Shown here: piece by piece, positions 36,450 through 41,278 of the stretch
Position numbering within the stretch: the stretch's first letter is position 1
Layout of the letters: each line of letters begins with the position of its first letter
Source of the DNA: Squatina squatina
Lineage: Eukaryota
DNA length: 41,278 nucleotides
Assembly (NCBI GenBank): GCA_031763465.1
Contig: JARFOE010000013.1
Location: forward strand, 3,597,677 to 3,638,954
Direction of reading: 5' to 3'
The notes under the pieces: generated by a model
The model's input: only the letters and a program-made list of their open reading frames with translations
The model's database searches: none
Told to the model about the DNA's origin: nothing
Program-made: the position numbers and the translations under genes

Positions 36450-37409
36450 NNNNNNNNNNNNNNNNNNNNNNNNNNNNNNNNNNNNNNNNNNNNNNNNNNN
36501 NNNNNNNNNNNNNNNNNNNNNNNNNNNNNNNNNNNNNNNNNNNNNNNNNTTGAGGAGGAGAGAAAGGAACTATGCTCCTTTCCTTTCCAGTCACATTTAG
36601 TCACTGCTCCTACAGATGATATATAGCAATGAATTATTTTAAGGTACTGTGCTGCTTACAGCCTCAGGCCATCTTTGTTCCATGAGCATTTCCCATATGT
36701 TCAAGGTGCTATTACAACAGCACCATACTATATGTGTTTGTAAGGTGGTTATTTGAATCATATCTGCTTGTCATTCAGTGCATGGGTGATTGACATTGTG
36801 GTGGAGGGAACCAGTAATTTATAAGAGACACAGCTCTGGTGTGTCTTACGCGTCATTGCTGCAGGCCAGCCTCTAAGATTGGTTGCAATGATTCTACATG
36901 TGACAAATTTGTCTCATCGAGGTGAGGAATAACAGCACTCAACGCTAAAGCAGTTTTTCTTCTTACACCCAGTGACAGCACCAATCACTTCCAGGTCAAA
37001 TTTGGCACAGCTCTGACGCAGCTCTGATGTCTCCTGCAGTGCCTTAATAAAACGCCACATTCTGAAGGAACATCTATTGCTCTGTTGCCCATTCCCATCA
37101 TTCAAGTGACTTCTCAGTGTGAACTTGATCAAGTAGTGCTGATTATAGTGCCTAATTAAATGCAGGTTTGTTATTTGGACTTGTGCCACTGGGAATTGGA
37201 TCAAGATTGCCCAAGTACATTTTACTTAGGGCTCTTACAAGCCATTAAAAAGAGGAGTCTTTCATTTTATCTGTGGTGCATTCTAACCAAGGTTTCAGAG
37301 GTGAAACAANNNNNNNNNNNNNNNNNNNNNNNNNNNNNNNNNNNNNNNNNNNNNNNNNNNNNNNNNNNNNNNNNNNNNNNNNNNNNNNNNNNNNNNNNNN
37401 NNNNNNNNN

Positions 37410-37460
37410 CATAAGTTTATTTAACTTCCCCTTAAATGCATCTATGCTATAAGCATCAAC
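37410..37460 (-). mobile_element. CR1 ORF2 C-terminal fragment
   Basis: VDAYSIDAFKGKLNKLM resembles the V.A.S...FK..LD..M end of CR1 ORF2. Confidence 0.6.
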
Positions 37461-38500
37461 TGATGATTTACAGTCCCAGGAGAATGGCCTTGACTCCATG
37501 GAAGAGGGACCTCTCTCAGAATGACTACATGCCTGCTGCCTGCCACCCACTCCACTATTGCCGTGGTTAGTGCCACACTGACTATGGGTAATGTAGCAGG
37601 AGATCAACCAGTTTTCATGAAAACGAAGCAAGGCATGCATGACTGGCTAAGGGTGTAGGTGTCAAATGGGAATTGAGCAGCAAGTTAAAATATTGGCCCG
37701 GGAGTTCCTCAGAGGTACGTCGGCTCTGTTACCCTAACTTTGCCAGAACTGTGGCAGAAACCCAATTTCTTCGTGTGGCCACTGTTTTACTCTCTGCTTT
37801 TAGAGAAATGAATGAACCTATTAGTCCTTCCAATGAATAGCGAATCTGTCACTTGCTAATTGCAGGAGGACATCATGCTTTACGCACTGCACTGCTGCAG
37901 TATCCTTCAGGTGCCTGGAGAGCCCCTGTAGGAACTGTTATTTAAATATGGTTGCTGGATATTTACAACCTTAGCACAGGCAGTAGGTGTCATTGGCATT
38001 TGTATTCAACTGGAACACAACCAACTCTGGTGCATACAAAATGTTAGAATCTAGAACCGAGTTTGGGCAAAGGTCTGTAGTTACTTTTATGGCTAACCTG
38101 AACATTGCTTATTAACTGCTGCTCAACACTTAGCCCACACAGACTTTGACCTGGATTGGCTCCTAATGAATCTTCTTTGTCTCCCTGTCATCCTCAGGCA
38201 GAACAACAGCTGCTATTGCTGCTGCAATGAGCAACCTTCTGCCAATGGCTTGTAACACAGCACTGATTGGTCTCATAGCTGGAATAAGACCTGATTGGAA
38301 TTGAAAGCATTGTGAACATGAAGGAAAGGGCAATGTTAACAATATCTACTGCATAATTAACCTTCAGTTAAGAGGTGTTGAACCCTCACCAGATGGGCGA
38401 NNNNNNNNNNNNNNNNNNNNNNNNNNNNNNNNNNNNNNNNNNNNNNNNNNNNNNNNNNNNNNNNNNNNNNNNNNNNNNNNNNNNNNNNNNNNNNNNNNNN

Positions 38501-39076
38501 TTTTAAAAGAATCTAGGGAAGGGATAGCAGAGGTATTAATACACGTATTTAATAATTCATTCGAAAAATGTGCAGGGCCAGAGGACTGGATATAGCTAAC
38601 ATAATACTTGTACTTAAGAAGGGGGATAGAACATATCCAGGGAATTACAGACCAGTCAGCTTAACATCGGTGGTAGGAAAAATAATGCAATCCCTACTAA
38701 AAGAGAAAATAGAAGAACATCCAGAAGCCAAAAATATAATAATGAACAGTCTGCATGGATTTCCAAAGGGAAAGTCTTGCTTGACCAACCTCACTGAATT
38801 TTTTGAACAGGTAACAGAGAATAATGCAGTGGATATAATTTATCTACATTTTCAAAAGGCCTTCGATAAAGTACCACATAATAGACTGAAAAATAAGGTC
38901 AGAGAATGCGGAATCAGGGGACAAGTAGCAGAATGGATAGCTAAATGGCATGAAGACTAGAAGCAGAGAGTAAGGGGTAAAGGGGTAGCTATTCACAATG
39001 GACGAAGGTGGGTAGTGGAGTTCCACAAGGATCAGTGCTGGGAGCAGTGCTGTTCACAATTTATATTAACGATTTA
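38501..39076 (+). mobile_element. CR1 LINE ORF2 reverse transcriptase segment (decayed)
   Basis: KKGDRTYPGNYRPVSLTSVVGKIM, HGFPKGKSCLTNLTEFFE, VDIIYLHFQKAFDKVPH and GVPQGSVLGAVLFTIYINDL, with frameshifts and a stop. Confidence 0.95.
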
Positions 39077-39933
39077 AGGTGTCCAATTCGTCCTTTTTTG
39101 GGGGCATTAAAGTAGCATTAAATCGGCGTTAACGGCATAATGCTGATTTTGGGCGTTAACTTTAGCGCTGGAAAATTTGGGTCCTGTTAACACTGGCGCT
39201 AAACAGGCATTAGGCCTCTAGCACTGGAAGCTCAGCATCCAGCGCTAGATGCCGTCAATTATGTCATTAGTAGGCGCAATACCCAAAATGGCCGCCCACA
39301 GGTAAATTGGATAAAGCTACTGAGCCTTAAAATGTCCATTTTTTTGGGTGTTGACACCCTCAATCTAATGATTTGTAACGCTATATAAGGGGTTTGTAGT
39401 GCGCTCCATCTTGACATGGTATTTCGATTCGCTGACTCTTAAGTCGCCTTTTTCCACACTGTTGCGGCTCACATATTGACTCTGCAGACTTTCCATTGGT
39501 GTTTAGTGAGATTTTTTGTCATTGAAAAAATCGGAGAAACTGTCCAGCGGTCGATTGGGAACTCCACTGACATCACATGAGGTACCTCAGGCACAGAAGA
39601 CATCGAAGAAACCAGCAGAGAGCCATGTGGGCACAGGCAAATGAGGCTAGGGGTGAGGCAGCTGCAGCTCCAGCTCCTCAGGATGACCATGCCCAACAAG
39701 CACCTGAGATGCCAGAGCCACCTATGCCACCAGGCCACGACAGCCTTCTCCAAGAGGGTGGAGGGCAAGGGGACATTGAAGGAGGTAGGCCCACAGAGTC
39801 TACAGATGGCATTTCAGCTACCTGCACATGACCGATGAGCAATGCCTTCGTAGACTGCGCTTCAGAAAGGAGGTCATTACTGAACTATGCCAACTCCTGC
39901 AGGTTGACCTCCAGTCTCACACCAGGGCTTCTG
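39077..39933 (+). mobile_element. PIF/Harbinger transposon left end and 5' part of a HARBI1-like transposase
   Basis: RVYRWHFSYLHMTDEQCLRRLRFRKEVITELCQLLQVDLQ is typical of the Harbinger transposase N-terminus. TIR-like aggtgtccaattcg at 39077 is preceded by TTA; subterminal gcgttaa/gcgcta repeats. Confidence 0.85.
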
Positions 39934-40033
39934 NNNNNNNNNNNNNNNNNNNNNNNNNNNNNNNNNNNNNNNNNNNNNNNNNNNNNNNNNNNNNNNNNNN
40001 NNNNNNNNNNNNNNNNNNNNNNNNNNNNNNNNN

Positions 40034-40110
40034 ATTTTCAAAGAGTCCCATTTCCAGCACTAAATTCAGCACTTAGCGCTAGAAACTTTAAAAACCCGAA
40101 TTGGCCGCCC
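40034..40110 (+). mobile_element. Harbinger right end
   Basis: cgaattggccgccc (40097-40110) is an 11/14 inverted match to 39077-39090. tttccagcactaaa mirrors tttagcgctggaaa near 39161. Confidence 0.65.
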
Positions 40111-41278
40111 ATTGTGTATCCTTGGATTGTATAGTTTTAAAATATTTCAGCTCATTGCACAGTGATCCTCATGAATCATCTAATATTACAGCTATAATAC
40201 AACTGAGAAGTGACAAATAGCTTTATTGCTGTAATATTATTATTATTGTAATGATATATCTTAAAATAGTTATATAAAATCATTCTGCTATCTTCTTTAT
40301 TCTCTCTTCCTTTTCCTTACTTTATCTTTTATTCTCTATTATTTATCTAGGTTGTCTATTTCATCACTTCCTCTTTTCCTCTGCCTCCACCAAATAACCA
40401 AGTGGCAATTCAATCTACTGTCATGTTTTTCAGCCAATCCCACCATTTTTGCAAAGTGCAAATTGCCCTAAAGGTAGCTCATTCAAAGCCCAAGTAAGAG
40501 GAAATAGGTGATGAAACATTGCTATTCCATTGGTTTGAAGCAGGATGCAGGATTAATTATTTAGCTGATTTATCAAACCTCAAACTTGTAATTACCTAGG
40601 ACATTCTGGAACTAAAGGAAGTACCAGCACAACCATTAATTCATTCAATTGAAGGAAATAACACAATACAGTTCCAGCATCCTAGGTTCAGCTGCAGATC
40701 AGATAAGAAGAATAAAGGGCACTGCTTTATTTTAGCAGGCGATCCATTCTGTTCTTTGTTTAAGTCCTTTGATGTCTGTAATAAATATTTTGTTTCCCAT
40801 CTGCCAAGACTATAATCTGTTATTCTCTTTGAAGTGTAACTTAGACAAAAAGATGTCGTGTAGGCTTTTCGTTCTTTTATTTTTGCTGCATTCTGTGAGG
40901 TTCAGCGATATGTTGCTGTGGTGGTGCATTTTTTATTCATCTTTTTCACAGGTGGAAAAGAGACACACTTTTCAGAAACTAAAAACAAATCCTACAGTCT
41001 TCAAAGGGTTAAAATACAGCTGACAAAATAAATCCCAAGCTCTTTAGGTAATTGCTCTGTGCTTTGCAAGAGAATAATTGTCCTCCTGGACTTCCATATG
41101 TGCTGTACTTATTACTAGATGCACCACGAATAGAGACAGGCACGTACATTTTCTCCTGGCAACAAGCTTCCTCCGATGCACACTATTGACGCTACCGGAG
41201 AAATGAAAGATGGCTTGCACTTTGATTTCAGTCTAACCAAGGACCTTAACAGGCTTAAAATTCCTCCGTGCAAACTCT

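Overview
Vertebrate genomic DNA, most likely a cartilaginous fish judging by its repeats (Deu-domain SacSINE1/AmnSINE1-like SINEs, CR1 LINEs, Penelope remnants, Harbinger/Myb-SANT elements). The scaffold is highly fragmented: short contigs joined mostly by 100-N gaps of unknown true size. Two genes are recognisable, both on the minus strand. (1) SOCS6: its single coding exon (ATG at 9862, SH2 domain, SOCS box running into a gap). (2) Rotatin (RTTN): four non-consecutive exons between 946 and 4297, each on a different contig. A CpG-rich NRF1-motif cluster at about 6480-6665 is the probable RTTN promoter and abuts the probable SOCS6 3' UTR. This implies a compact head-to-tail SOCS6->RTTN layout, unlike the divergent human arrangement. 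From about 12 kb to the end there is no recognisable host gene, only decayed transposons and AT-rich unique blocks that may be conserved non-coding elements. I see no convincing new biological system. The best leads are the gene arrangement, a SOCS6 uORF, TATA-bearing monomers at a CR1 5' end, and a nested intronic hairpin. Homology calls come from recalled sequences, not database searches, and repeat boundaries are approximate.
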